Virus record (IMG/VR): IMGVR_UViG_3300042483_000388
Source of the DNA: a virus
Lineage: Duplodnaviria; Caudoviricetes
Strand: one strand, 5' to 3'
DNA length: 64,000 nt
Of this stretch, positions 8,689-17,967 are shown one piece after another (positions within the stretch are counted from its first letter, which is position 1; each line of letters opens with the position of its first letter). Position numbers and translations under genes: made by a program. Under the pieces are notes generated by a model. It was not told the origin of the DNA and made no database searches. It was given only the letters and a program-made list of their open reading frames with translations.

Positions 8689-9099
8689 ATGGAAAAAGTT
8701 AAAATTTATTTAGATGATGTTCGTACGCCGGTAGACCCAAGTTGGGTCGTTGTTCGTTCTTACGATGAGTTTGTTGAAAAAATAAATGAGATTGGTTTGG
8801 AGAACATTGAACTAATATCTTTGGATCACGATTTGGGTGATAGTGCAATTGATGAATGGAAAAAAAATGTTTATACAAATTACACAATTGATTACGATAA
8901 CATTACAGAAAAAACAGGTATGGATTGCACTAAATGGTTAGTGAATCAATGGTTAGATGGTAAACCTATCGTTGAGGTTGTGGTTCATTCTGCAAACGCA
9001 GTAGGGTCGGGTAATATGATGGGTTATTTGAATAATTACCGACACTTGAATAGAATGGAACAAAATTGTGTTAGAGTTAAAATTGAACATACAGTATAA
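8689..9099 (+). CDS. Cyclic-phosphate-processing receiver-like domain protein
   Basis: IYLDDVR, ISLDHDLG, TG.DC..WL, VHSAN..G motifs; close to RNA ligase. Confidence 0.7.
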   Translation: MEKVKIYLDDVRTPVDPSWVVVRSYDEFVEKINEIGLENIELISLDHDLGDSAIDEWKKNVYTNYTIDYDNITEKTGMDCTKWLVNQWLDGKPIVEVVVHSANAVGSGNMMGYLNNYRHLNRMEQNCVRVKIEHTV

Positions 9100-9109
9100 A
9101 AATAAAATT

Positions 9110-9370
9110 ATGGAATTAGAAAAATTTGAACAAGCAAAAAAAGTTAAAGAAGATCTTGATAGATTGGAAAGACAGAAGTATAAATTAGAATCTGCTCTTA
9201 AATCTCATGGGTTGGAAGTAACTATTGAGTTTACCCATTCAGGTGGATTCATAAGAAAAGATGAGGTCAGTTTTAGGGATAAAGATATTACCAAAGAAAT
9301 GTTATCAAGGGTACTTGAAAAGTTGAATGAAGAAATAAAGTTAGTTAAAGAAGAATTTGAAAAAGTATAA
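9110..9370 (+). CDS. Hypothetical coiled-coil protein
   Basis: Start moved to ATG9110. Confidence 0.6.
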   Translation: MELEKFEQAKKVKEDLDRLERQKYKLESALKSHGLEVTIEFTHSGGFIRKDEVSFRDKDITKEMLSRVLEKLNEEIKLVKEEFEKV

Positions 9371-9373
9371 GAA

Positions 9374-10492
9374 ATGGAAAATTTAAATAGTGTATGTTAT
9401 GTTGGTGCAATCGGAGAGGTTAGGCCAATAGAAGGGGCAGATAACATAGAACTTGTAATGGTTGGTGGTTGGAACGCTATAACTAAAAAAGGTGAATATA
9501 CAGAAGGTGATTTGGTTGTTGTTGCAACCACCGATGCGGTAATACCACAAAAACTTTCTGATGGGTTAGGTGTTACAAGTTATCTTCGTAAAGGTCAGAG
9601 AGTAAGAACTATAAAACTTCGTAAGGTTTACTCTGAATGTTTAATAATACCAATAGAGTTTGTTCCGGAAAAATATAGGTACGATGGTTCTGACTGCATG
9701 GAGTTACTTGAAGTTTTCAAATACGAACCACCTGTTAAGATGGTTCAGTTAAGTGGGGGTAGGAAATTTAAATACCACCAAAACCCTAACTTCCATATCT
9801 ATTACAAATTTCCTAACTTGAAGAACGCCCCCGAAATGTTTAATGAAGAAGACATAGTTACTGTTACTCGTAAACTTCACGGAACAAATGCTCGTTATGG
9901 TATTGTTAAAAAGAAAAGATTATCCTTGTGGGACTATGTTAGAAAGTTCTTTGGAAACAAATGGGTTGGGTATGAATATGTTTTTGGGTCTCATAATGTA
10001 GAGAAAGGTTCTGACTCTCAAGGTTTTTATGAAACTAATGTATGGAGAACAATCGCAGATAATTACAAAATAAAAGATAAACTATGGGATTATGTTAAGA
10101 CATATGGTAGTCCTGACTATTTGGGTGATGGGTTAATCATCTATGGTGAGATATATGGTCATGGTATACAAAAAAATTATGATTATGGTTTAACTGATGT
10201 TAAATTTGCTGGTTTTGATGTTGAGTTAAATGGTAATTATCGACCTTATTACGATGAAAAGAACGTTTTCAAATCTTTGGGTTTACCAAGAGTTGAGGTT
10301 CTTTATATGGGTCCTTGGTCCAAAGAAGAACAAGATAAACACGTATTCAATAACAACATAATGGGAACCAAAGTTCCTCACGAAGGTGTTGTTGTTAAAT
10401 CCGTAACCGGTGATAGACACAAAGTAGGTAAAGTGATCAACCCTGATTATTTGATAGCAAGTGAAAAACATAATTTTGGTGACTCCCATTGA
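9374..10492 (+). CDS. RNA ligase, DRB0094/Rnl2-like family
   Basis: N-terminal IEGADNIE OB-like region; motif I RKLHGTN; YGEIYG, FAGFDV, HEGVV, KVINPDY. Confidence 0.85.
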   Translation: MENLNSVCYVGAIGEVRPIEGADNIELVMVGGWNAITKKGEYTEGDLVVVATTDAVIPQKLSDGLGVTSYLRKGQRVRTIKLRKVYSECLIIPIEFVPEKYRYDGSDCMELLEVFKYEPPVKMVQLSGGRKFKYHQNPNFHIYYKFPNLKNAPEMFNEEDIVTVTRKLHGTNARYGIVKKKRLSLWDYVRKFFGNKWVGYEYVFGSHNVEKGSDSQGFYETNVWRTIADNYKIKDKLWDYVKTYGSPDYLGDGLIIYGEIYGHGIQKNYDYGLTDVKFAGFDVELNGNYRPYYDEKNVFKSLGLPRVEVLYMGPWSKEEQDKHVFNNNIMGTKVPHEGVVVKSVTGDRHKVGKVINPDYLIASEKHNFGDSH

Positions 10493-10508
10493 TGGAGTCA
10501 CTTTTTTT
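10479..10508 (+). terminator. Rho-independent terminator
   Basis: GTGACTCC-CATTGAT-GGAGTCAC plus T-run. Confidence 0.8.
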
Positions 10509-10531
10509 GATTAATATTAATTAAAATTATA

Positions 10532-10777
10532 ATGAGTAGAGATAAAGATATGATTTATGGTGTCTATGACATGACAAGAGGATCTGGTGGTTGTGATGAT
10601 TATTTTGGATATTTTAAAAATAAATCAGGAGCTAAAAAAGAATTGGACATCCAATATGAATATATTAAACGTAAAAGACCTGAAGATGCAATAACATTAA
10701 CAAATGATAGAGTTATAATTACTAAAGGTGAAAAGGAAGACATATTAATTATCATCCACCCAATTTTATTAAGATGA
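10532..10777 (+). CDS. Hypothetical protein, paralog of 6156-6536
   Basis: IYGVYD...CDDYFGYFKN. Confidence 0.65.
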   Translation: MSRDKDMIYGVYDMTRGSGGCDDYFGYFKNKSGAKKELDIQYEYIKRKRPEDAITLTNDRVIITKGEKEDILIIIHPILLR

Positions 10778-10971
10778 CAAAACAGGAAGTTTATGTAAGA
10801 ATGGCAAATGAGAGTGTTTATTATAGTAGAATAAAGGTAAACCCTGAAAAATTTGAGAATCCACACTTTATTGGTGAAGAAGTATTTTGCACGATAGATG
10901 GTTTAAGGGTGGCAATTAAAAAGGTTGATTGGAACCAAATGGTGGAAAACACAAAACAAGAACAATTTTAA
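10774..10971 (+). CDS. Hypothetical protein
   Basis: ORF track, ATGA coupling. Confidence 0.6.
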   Translation: MTKQEVYVRMANESVYYSRIKVNPEKFENPHFIGEEVFCTIDGLRVAIKKVDWNQMVENTKQEQF

Positions 10972-10982
10972 AAAAAATAAAA

Positions 10983-11978
10983 ATGACAAAGGAAGATTTA
11001 TTAATAGAAAAAATTAAACAAATAAGAATGGCACATGAGGGATTTACCGAAAATGAAATATCCGCAGATGATGTAACATTTTTACATAAAGATGATGAAC
11101 CTGTAATTTCGGCATCACCAACATGTTGGGGAACATTACCTGATGAAGAGTTCATACCGGCATTTGAATCAGTACCACAGGTACCAGCAGGTATCTATGA
11201 GATTAAATGGAACCGAGACGCTCAAAAACATTCATTAAAAAGACAACCATTCAAGACTGATGAGTTGTATCAATTACCATCATACGAGATTATGGATATT
11301 CTAAAAGACATTAAAAACTTTTGGGATCGTAAGGACAAATACAAAGAGTATAATTTTATTCATAAACGAGGGATACTTATGTATGGAGAACCAGGTTGTG
11401 GTAAATCGGGGATAATCCAACTAATTGCAAAAGATTTGATCGAACAAAATGGTATTATATTAAATATTAAAGATGCTGATGATGTTGAATTTTTTATTGA
11501 ATTTATTACCACATTTAGAAAGATTGAAAAAAATAGACCGTTGATTGTTTTGTTGGAGGATATTGATTCAATTGCTGGCGAGAATAACCATTCAACAAGT
11601 AAGTTATTAAACATTTTGGATGGTGTTAAACAGATTGAAGGTGTTGTATATATTGCAACTACTAACTATCCTGAGAAACTACAGGATCGTATTACAAACC
11701 GACCATCTCGTTTCGATAGACGATATAAAGTAGAATTACCTAATGAAGAAATTAGAAGAGCATATATTCATCATAAATTAAACGATGAAGACCTTAAAGG
11801 TGTTGATATTGAAATGTGGATAAAGAGAACTGAAGGAATGTCTCTTTCACACTTGAAAGAAGTTGTTATTTCAACGATAGTTATGGGTAGAGATTTTGAA
11901 GATGTTATGGATAATTTAGAAGGACTTAAAAGAGCTCCAACAATTAAAGGATCTGGAGTTATGGGATTTGGAAGATAA
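10983..11978 (+). CDS. AAA+ ATPase
   Basis: RGILMYGEPGCGKS, LLEDID, ATTNYPEKL, RPSRFDR; start moved to ATG10983. Confidence 0.9.
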   Translation: MTKEDLLIEKIKQIRMAHEGFTENEISADDVTFLHKDDEPVISASPTCWGTLPDEEFIPAFESVPQVPAGIYEIKWNRDAQKHSLKRQPFKTDELYQLPSYEIMDILKDIKNFWDRKDKYKEYNFIHKRGILMYGEPGCGKSGIIQLIAKDLIEQNGIILNIKDADDVEFFIEFITTFRKIEKNRPLIVLLEDIDSIAGENNHSTSKLLNILDGVKQIEGVVYIATTNYPEKLQDRITNRPSRFDRRYKVELPNEEIRRAYIHHKLNDEDLKGVDIEMWIKRTEGMSLSHLKEVVISTIVMGRDFEDVMDNLEGLKRAPTIKGSGVMGFGR

Positions 11979-11996
11979 ACAAATAAAAATATAAAA

Positions 11997-12173
11997 ATGA
12001 AAAGAACGGATAAATTATATGTAATGTTATTTGGATTAACATTAATAACAACGATGACATTTTTAAGTGGGTGTGGATCAAAAAAAAATGCTGGATGTGA
12101 TGCTTATAGTTCATGTGAGATCAAAAGTGATTCAACGATGAGTAAAGTTGATAATTATTCTAATATTAAATAA
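11997..12173 (+). CDS. 58-aa putative lipoprotein; absent from ORF track
   Basis: MKRTDKLYVMLFGLTLITTMTFLSGC lipobox. Confidence 0.6.
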   Translation: MKRTDKLYVMLFGLTLITTMTFLSGCGSKKNAGCDAYSSCEIKSDSTMSKVDNYSNIK

Positions 12174-12178
12174 GAGAC

Positions 12179-12260
12179 CCCATCTTAATTGATGGGCTTT
12201 AGGGCCGTTATCCGTTAGGGTAACGATTTAAAGGGGGGAATTCGCTACTCCCCCTTTTTT
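12179..12260 (+). ncRNA. Candidate structured RNA: two hairpins plus terminator
   Basis: CCCATC-TTAATT-GATGGG; CGTTATCC-GTTA-GGGTAACG inside CTTTAG/TTAAAG; AGGGGG...CCCCCT plus T-run. Confidence 0.35.
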
Positions 12261-12272
12261 TATTTAATGAAG

Positions 12273-12279
12273 TATTTAT
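12273..12279 (+). promoter_or_regulatory. TATTTAT motif
   Basis: Upstream of leader-bearing gene 12297; repeated at 12667-12673 before 12689. Confidence 0.55.
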
Positions 12280-12296
12280 AATAAACAAATAATATT

Positions 12297-12638
12297 ATGG
12301 CAAGAATTAAAAGATTAACAGAATCAGATTTAACAAGAATTGTTAAACGTGTGATTAAAGAAGAAGATGAAATGGAAGATATGGGTATGTCCATTACAAT
12401 TAGAGGTATATTTGATGAAGTTGTGGAATCTATTAACGAATATGACAAATTTGGTCGTTACAATCCTACAGTTGGGGGTGGTTATGATGAATCTATGAAA
12501 GAAAAGGCAATGGATTTGGCTTTTATTATTATGAGTGACTTACAAGAACTGTCGTTAAGTTCTTCTCATTACGTGGATTACATTCGGGATATTGTTGGTG
12601 AAGAAGAAGATTACGACGACGAAGATGGAGATTATTAA
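12297..12638 (+). CDS. Leader-bearing acidic protein
   Basis: MARIKRLTESDLTRIVKRVIKEE; paralog of 12689. Confidence 0.7.
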   Translation: MARIKRLTESDLTRIVKRVIKEEDEMEDMGMSITIRGIFDEVVESINEYDKFGRYNPTVGGGYDESMKEKAMDLAFIIMSDLQELSLSSSHYVDYIRDIVGEEEDYDDEDGDY

Positions 12639-12688
12639 TAAAACTTGACACTTTACGAAAGAGTGGTATTTATAATTAAAATAATATT

Positions 12689-12985
12689 ATGAGAAAAACT
12701 ATAAAATTAACCGAAGGTGATTTATCACGTATTGTTAGACGAGTTATTAAAGAAGATAACGAAGAAGATAAAATGGGAGGTATGCGTATGTCCATCACAG
12801 TAAAAGATATATTTGAGGCGGTTATAGACGCTCTTGACCAGATGGGAGGGTATCAAGATTCAATGAAAACAGAAGCAATGCAATTGGCAAGAAATATTAT
12901 GTCTAGCATGCAAGACAACTTGGATTACATTACCGATAATTATGAGGAACAACTTTATGATATTCTTGGTGAAGAAGATTTTTAA
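12689..12985 (+). CDS. Leader-bearing acidic protein
   Basis: MRKTIKLTEGDLSRIVRRVIKED; MSIT.K.IF shared with 12297. Confidence 0.7.
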   Translation: MRKTIKLTEGDLSRIVRRVIKEDNEEDKMGGMRMSITVKDIFEAVIDALDQMGGYQDSMKTEAMQLARNIMSSMQDNLDYITDNYEEQLYDILGEEDF

Positions 12986-12995
12986 TTAAAGTGAT

Positions 12996-13460
12996 ATGAA
13001 AATCATAAGACTTACCGAATCTGATCTAACTAATATTGTTAAAACAGTTATTAAGGAAAACTCATTGCGAGATGATTTAATCCAACAGATTAAAGAATAC
13101 GGTTGGAAAGAAACCTCCCAATTTGTTGGGGGATCTGAAAATTTAAAAAAACTTACTGGAATTGAATCACCAATAGATTTTCTTAATTTATTTAATGATT
13201 TGGATGTTATTGATAGTGAAGAAAACCCTAATTTGACTTTATTTAGATATAAAATAGGAAATAATCTAATGGTTCACAATGATGAATTTGATTTTGTTTA
13301 CATCAATTATGGTAAAATTTGGTCATTTTTAGAAAAAGTTTTTGGACTTAACTACGCTGAAATTCAGGAACTAACACAGGAGTGGTTGGGTGAGGTCTAC
13401 GATTTAAAGGGGGTTTATACAGATGAGCAAGATGAGGAGGATGATGAGTTGGTTGGATAA
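12996..13460 (+). CDS. Leader-bearing protein
   Basis: MKIIRLTESDLTNIVKTVIKEN; LIQQIKEYG...VGG.ENLKK module also at start of 46637 ORF. Confidence 0.7.
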   Translation: MKIIRLTESDLTNIVKTVIKENSLRDDLIQQIKEYGWKETSQFVGGSENLKKLTGIESPIDFLNLFNDLDVIDSEENPNLTLFRYKIGNNLMVHNDEFDFVYINYGKIWSFLEKVFGLNYAEIQELTQEWLGEVYDLKGVYTDEQDEEDDELVG

Positions 13461-13472
13461 GGTCTACAATTT

Positions 13473-13500
13473 AAGGGGAATTATATGATTCCCTTTTTTT
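13473..13500 (+). terminator. Rho-independent terminator
   Basis: GGGAAT-TATATG-ATTCCC plus T-run. Confidence 0.75.
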
Positions 13501-13516
13501 ATTTAATTCTTTTACT

Positions 13517-13524
13517 TATCTTTG
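13517..13524 (+). promoter_or_regulatory. TAnnTTTG element
   Basis: TATCTTTG, 4 nt before ATG13529. Confidence 0.7.
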
Positions 13525-13528
13525 TGTT

Positions 13529-13609
13529 ATGATAATTGGAACCATATTGTTTATTGTTTTAATCCTATGTATTGGGGTGTGGGGTAAACACGGAAAACAC
13601 TTTAAATAA
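13529..13609 (+). CDS. 26-aa single-pass membrane peptide; absent from ORF track
   Basis: MIIGTILFIVLILCIGVWGKHGKHFK; TAATG coupling to 13609. Confidence 0.55.
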   Translation: MIIGTILFIVLILCIGVWGKHGKHFK

Positions 13610-14208
13610 TGAAAGTAATATTTTTAGATAATGATGGAGTAATTTGTCTATCCAATAATTGGGGTGGACGAGCAAAGAAATGGGCAAAATATCGAAGCGC
13701 AAATCCTGATGTTGATTTTACAAATCGTCCTATTGATTGTAGATTTGATGCCTTTGATGAGAAGGCAATTAAGGTCCTTAATGAAATACTTGAAGAAACC
13801 GGCGCTGAAATAGTTGTAAGTTCAGATTGGAGACTACACGCGAACTTGGAGGAACTTGGTGATTACTACATGAGTCAGGGAATAATCAAACGACCAATCG
13901 CGGTAACAGATATGTTCAAAGATATATTTCCAAGAGAATGGAATGCGTTTAGATTTCGTGCTGATTTAGAAATAGAAAGAAGTATGGAGATCGGACACTG
14001 GTTAAAAAACCATCCCGAAGTTACTCATTGGGTTGCAATTGATGACCTCAACATGAGTGTTGAGTTTTTATCTAAAAACTTTTCACATAGTAAAGATGAT
14101 GATAAAAACCCCGGTCTATCTAATTTTGTTCTAACACCAAAAGCAAGTCAGGGAATCAAACAAAGTGGTATTAAAGAAAAAATACTAAAGTTTTTGAAGG
14201 ATGAGTAG
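13609..14208 (+). CDS. HAD phosphatase, Swiss-Army-Knife RNA-repair-like (HAD_SAK_2)
   Basis: IFLDNDGV, VVSSDWR, WVAIDDL. Confidence 0.8.
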   Translation: MKVIFLDNDGVICLSNNWGGRAKKWAKYRSANPDVDFTNRPIDCRFDAFDEKAIKVLNEILEETGAEIVVSSDWRLHANLEELGDYYMSQGIIKRPIAVTDMFKDIFPREWNAFRFRADLEIERSMEIGHWLKNHPEVTHWVAIDDLNMSVEFLSKNFSHSKDDDKNPGLSNFVLTPKASQGIKQSGIKEKILKFLKDE

Positions 14209-14291
14209 AATGATTAAAAAGATTACGTTATGGTTATCACTCAAGTTCCCAAAGAAAAGTAAAAAAAGTATTTGGGATTTATAAAATTAAT

Positions 14292-14603
14292 ATGAAGAAC
14301 ATAAATCAATTATTCAAAAATAATAAACATTTAATCGAACATCCTGAGGTGCAAGAATTAATAGATTATTGTAGAGAATTGGAGGGAAAATTTATGGAAG
14401 TAGAGATTAATAAACAATACGATAAAGAGGACATCTTAATTAATGTGATTAGAGACATTAAAGAAAGTTGTGAACAGACAATTAATGATAATGAGGAATC
14501 TATTAGGTTTAATGAGATACCAAGAGTTGATTTTGAAAAATGTGTAGTTAACCTTAAAAAGTATATTGAAAGTATAAATACCTTATATAAAATTGGACTA
14601 TGA
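14292..14603 (+). CDS. Hypothetical protein
   Basis: ORF track. Confidence 0.6.
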   Translation: MKNINQLFKNNKHLIEHPEVQELIDYCRELEGKFMEVEINKQYDKEDILINVIRDIKESCEQTINDNEESIRFNEIPRVDFEKCVVNLKKYIESINTLYKIGL

Positions 14604-14920
14604 AAAAAATAGAAATTAGTGAGGCATGTTTAGGTCATGATGTTTTAGTGGATGATGAATCATTATTTACTCATGAATATGATAATAGGAGTCCTGAGTA
14701 TGTTAACAATCTTAAATCGTCATTTATTTTAAAATTAGACGAAATAAAAGATAAATTGGATATAATGGATTGGGTTGCTATTGCCGAAATAATTACTAGC
14801 CGATCTGACGAATTTGAAATGAATGATGACGAATCAAAAGATTATGACAAATGTGATGAGTGTGGTAATTACGGATATAAATTAGTGTATAACAAAAAAG
14901 AAAATGACACAGAAAGTTAA
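14600..14920 (+). CDS. Hypothetical protein with C-terminal CDECG
   Basis: ORF track. Confidence 0.6.
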   Translation: MKKIEISEACLGHDVLVDDESLFTHEYDNRSPEYVNNLKSSFILKLDEIKDKLDIMDWVAIAEIITSRSDEFEMNDDESKDYDKCDECGNYGYKLVYNKKENDTES

Positions 14921-15209
14921 ATTGATTATGGTTGATGAAAGACCATATGTAGTATCTTTAGAAAAAGTAGAGATTGGGGATAAAGTAATTGTAACGGTGG
15001 GGGGTAACTATCCGTCAATTGTTAATTGCGAGAATGAAACGGTATTAAATTTGTTAACTCAATCCAAATTATCTTTGACTCAATCGTTTAAGATTTTTAT
15101 GGAACCTGAGTATGTTAAGTTTAGTGGTGAACAGATTGAAAAAATTCTTGAAAATGATGGGTTAATGGATGTTATACTTGAAGATGGTATTTACAAGTAT
15201 AACTTATAA
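14904..15209 (+). CDS. Hypothetical protein
   Basis: ORF track. Confidence 0.6.
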   Translation: MTQKVKLIMVDERPYVVSLEKVEIGDKVIVTVGGNYPSIVNCENETVLNLLTQSKLSLTQSFKIFMEPEYVKFSGEQIEKILENDGLMDVILEDGIYKYNL

Positions 15210-15220
15210 AAAATAATAAA

Positions 15221-15490
15221 ATGAAAGAGTTTCCCAAAAAAGACTATGATAAAACAATTATTGAATTACTTAACAAGGTCTTAGACTTACATACACAATG
15301 TGTGATCTTTGGTTGTTTCATTTTAATTCAAAGCTTGTTATTATTTTTTGGGTATATTCGGTTTGATTACATATATATTATATCTATTATATTATCAATC
15401 GTGAAACACACATATAATACGGTATATATCAAACAAATTGAGACCGCAATTGAACACATAGAGAATATTAGAGATAATAACAATACGTGA
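15221..15490 (+). CDS. Hypothetical two-TM membrane protein
   Basis: Two hydrophobic segments. Confidence 0.6.
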   Translation: MKEFPKKDYDKTIIELLNKVLDLHTQCVIFGCFILIQSLLLFFGYIRFDYIYIISIILSIVKHTYNTVYIKQIETAIEHIENIRDNNNT

Positions 15491-15494
15491 ACAT

Positions 15495-15719
15495 ATGAAA
15501 GGAACACTTGATCTACACGGAATTAAACATAAGGATGTCCAAAAAATGGTTGACGAATTTATGTGGGATCAAATACAAAAAAAGTCATCATCTGTTGAAA
15601 TAATAACAGGAAATAGTGATCAAATGAAACGAGTTGTAAAAGAATCGTTAATAGATTACAATCTTAATCCATATGAGGAGATATTCAATCAAGGCAAGAT
15701 AATTGTAAAATTAAATTAA
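15495..15719 (+). CDS. Stand-alone Smr-domain protein
   Basis: LDLHG...VEIITG...N.G. Confidence 0.75.
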   Translation: MKGTLDLHGIKHKDVQKMVDEFMWDQIQKKSSSVEIITGNSDQMKRVVKESLIDYNLNPYEEIFNQGKIIVKLN

Positions 15720-15760
15720 ATAAAAGTTCCAAATAATTTGTTATTGTTTGGGTAATTTTA

Positions 15761-15768
15761 TATTTTTG
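15761..15768 (+). promoter_or_regulatory. TAnnTTTG element
   Basis: TATTTTTG, 4 nt before ATG15773. Confidence 0.7.
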
Positions 15769-15772
15769 TGGT

Positions 15773-17509
15773 ATGGAAATAAAACCAAACATTACAATTT
15801 TAGCTAGACACGATAAAGCAACTCACCAGACCATAGTTTATAAGGATCATTGTAATATTAGTCAAAAACCAACCCCAATAAATACTAATTATTTTAACCT
15901 TTTTGGTGATGACATAATAGAAAATACTGAAATATATTCAACTATAAAGAATGGAGGTAGATTTTACGAAGATAAAATATATCCTGATGAAGAAACCTAT
16001 GTGAAAAATTATGGTAATACTATGGCTTCAGTTTATATGAGCAGGAGGACTTTTGTTATTGAGGAAACCGAAAATAAAATTAGTATTAAAATGTTTCAAT
16101 ATTCTTCAGTTAGGGGTGTGAGCAAAAAATTCTTTAGGGTTAGACGAACATTGGATTACCTGACATTCAATTACAAAACAAAATTATTTTATACGGGTTG
16201 TATAGTATCCAAGAAGAAGAATGTTATAAATAAAAATTTATATGTTAATCCGAATGTTGGTAGACTTTCCTCATTCTTTGAAAATTATACAATAATAAAC
16301 GAAGAACTTACTAAAGATGGTAATTTTAATTTATTCTTTAATAAGATATGGGATAAAATAGGCCTTAAATCTAAATATAGTTTGGATCACAAACCAACGA
16401 CCATTAAAGAAATCTATGCCTTAACCAAATATTTGATTTATGATATTAAATTGCCAAATCAATGGTCTAAATTGTCGGATCTGTATTTTACAAAGGTTGA
16501 TTATAAAAAGGGTTCATTCAATTTAGTTGAAACGATTATGAAAAAGTATGAACTTAAGGGAACCTTAATTAGAAAATTATTAAACGAATATCAGACATTG
16601 AACTTGGTGGATACGATATTATTATACCAAATACTTGGTGTTGATAAATTCTCAAAATTAAAAGAAGATTTTTTTAAAACCGATAAATTTTTATCTAAAT
16701 GTGAATATATTGATACCACCAGTTGTAAAGAACTTCCAAAAATAACTAACAAAGAAAAAGATTGTTTGTTAAGTTATTTTAGAGATATTAAAAAACTAGA
16801 GGAATCTAATGTTAGAACAGTAATGGATCATATTGGATATAGAAAAACTCTAAACGATTTAGGTGAGATGGTTAGAATTAAGGCCAAGACAGTTGACGAA
16901 TTTAATTTAGAACACCAAGAGTGGTCATCACTCATATCTTCTTATCGAAATGGTGATGTTATTAGATATTACGGAGAGATCAGTGATTTAGAACAAGAAA
17001 TTAAACACGAAGATGAAATTTACTATCCGGTTCTTTTATTAAATAATTCGGATTTTGATAAGGAATCACAACACCAATCAAATTGTGTTAGAACATATAT
17101 TGAGAGTGCTCATTGTGTTATATTCTCAATTAGAAAAGGAAGTGTGTTAGGGGATGAAAGGGCAACAGTGGAGTATCAATACAGAAAAAATGAAATTGTC
17201 TGTGTCCAATCACTTGGGAGGTTTAATAACCCATTACCTGAAGATTTTATGGAAGTAGTTAGAAAACACCAAGTAATGGTTAGTCTATATTACAAAATAA
17301 AAATTTTAAAACTACCTAAAATGGTTAAAACATATAGGAATGGAAATGTTGTTGAAAACCAATCAATTTTTAATATGGTCAATAACGGAGACATTAATAT
17401 ATTTCACATGACACCAAAATGGGAAAAAGATTTACCAACAAACCCATCATTTTGGGACCAACCAATACAACGACTTGTAGATGACTTTTTTATTGACGAA
17501 TTACTTTAA
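15773..17509 (+). CDS. PcfJ-domain protein
   Basis: C-terminal ESQHQSNCVRTY...IFSIR...RATVEY...QSLGRFN. Confidence 0.75.
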   Translation: MEIKPNITILARHDKATHQTIVYKDHCNISQKPTPINTNYFNLFGDDIIENTEIYSTIKNGGRFYEDKIYPDEETYVKNYGNTMASVYMSRRTFVIEETENKISIKMFQYSSVRGVSKKFFRVRRTLDYLTFNYKTKLFYTGCIVSKKKNVINKNLYVNPNVGRLSSFFENYTIINEELTKDGNFNLFFNKIWDKIGLKSKYSLDHKPTTIKEIYALTKYLIYDIKLPNQWSKLSDLYFTKVDYKKGSFNLVETIMKKYELKGTLIRKLLNEYQTLNLVDTILLYQILGVDKFSKLKEDFFKTDKFLSKCEYIDTTSCKELPKITNKEKDCLLSYFRDIKKLEESNVRTVMDHIGYRKTLNDLGEMVRIKAKTVDEFNLEHQEWSSLISSYRNGDVIRYYGEISDLEQEIKHEDEIYYPVLLLNNSDFDKESQHQSNCVRTYIESAHCVIFSIRKGSVLGDERATVEYQYRKNEIVCVQSLGRFNNPLPEDFMEVVRKHQVMVSLYYKIKILKLPKMVKTYRNGNVVENQSIFNMVNNGDINIFHMTPKWEKDLPTNPSFWDQPIQRLVDDFFIDELL

Positions 17510-17515
17510 TTTATA

Positions 17516-17523
17516 TATATTTG
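17516..17523 (+). promoter_or_regulatory. TAnnTTTG element
   Basis: TATATTTG, 4 nt before ATG17528. Confidence 0.7.
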
Positions 17524-17527
17524 TATT

Positions 17528-17710
17528 ATGAAAAAACCAACAATACTAACAACAAAGGGAATGGGTGAAGTTAATGATATTTATATTTCAGGGTTAGGAT
17601 ATTTAATGGTAAGAGTGTCTTTTGAAAATGGGACATATGTTACATATAATTTAGGAATGCACGACATAGAAGATAATATATTAACAAATGAGATATTAAA
17701 AACTAAATGA
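17528..17710 (+). CDS. Hypothetical protein
   Basis: ORF track. Confidence 0.65.
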   Translation: MKKPTILTTKGMGEVNDIYISGLGYLMVRVSFENGTYVTYNLGMHDIEDNILTNEILKTK

Positions 17711-17711
17711 T

Positions 17712-17963
17712 ATGACAGAGAACGAAGTAAAATTATTGGGACTTATAAAGGAGTATGGTTTTGAGGATGACAATCCAGAATTTTATTATTACGCTTATGA
17801 TGTTGTAGATGGGATAACATTTATATCTTCAGCGAGTGATGTGGTTGAAGACGATAATTGGTATGTTGATATATTTAATACGGATCCAATAATAAGATTC
17901 TATGAGTTTGGTCAAGTTCAGGGATTATTAAATACTCTTGAAAAAAATATACTAAAAAAATAA
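17712..17963 (+). CDS. Hypothetical protein
   Basis: ORF track. Confidence 0.65.
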   Translation: MTENEVKLLGLIKEYGFEDDNPEFYYYAYDVVDGITFISSASDVVEDDNWYVDIFNTDPIIRFYEFGQVQGLLNTLEKNILKK

Positions 17964-17967
17964 ACAT

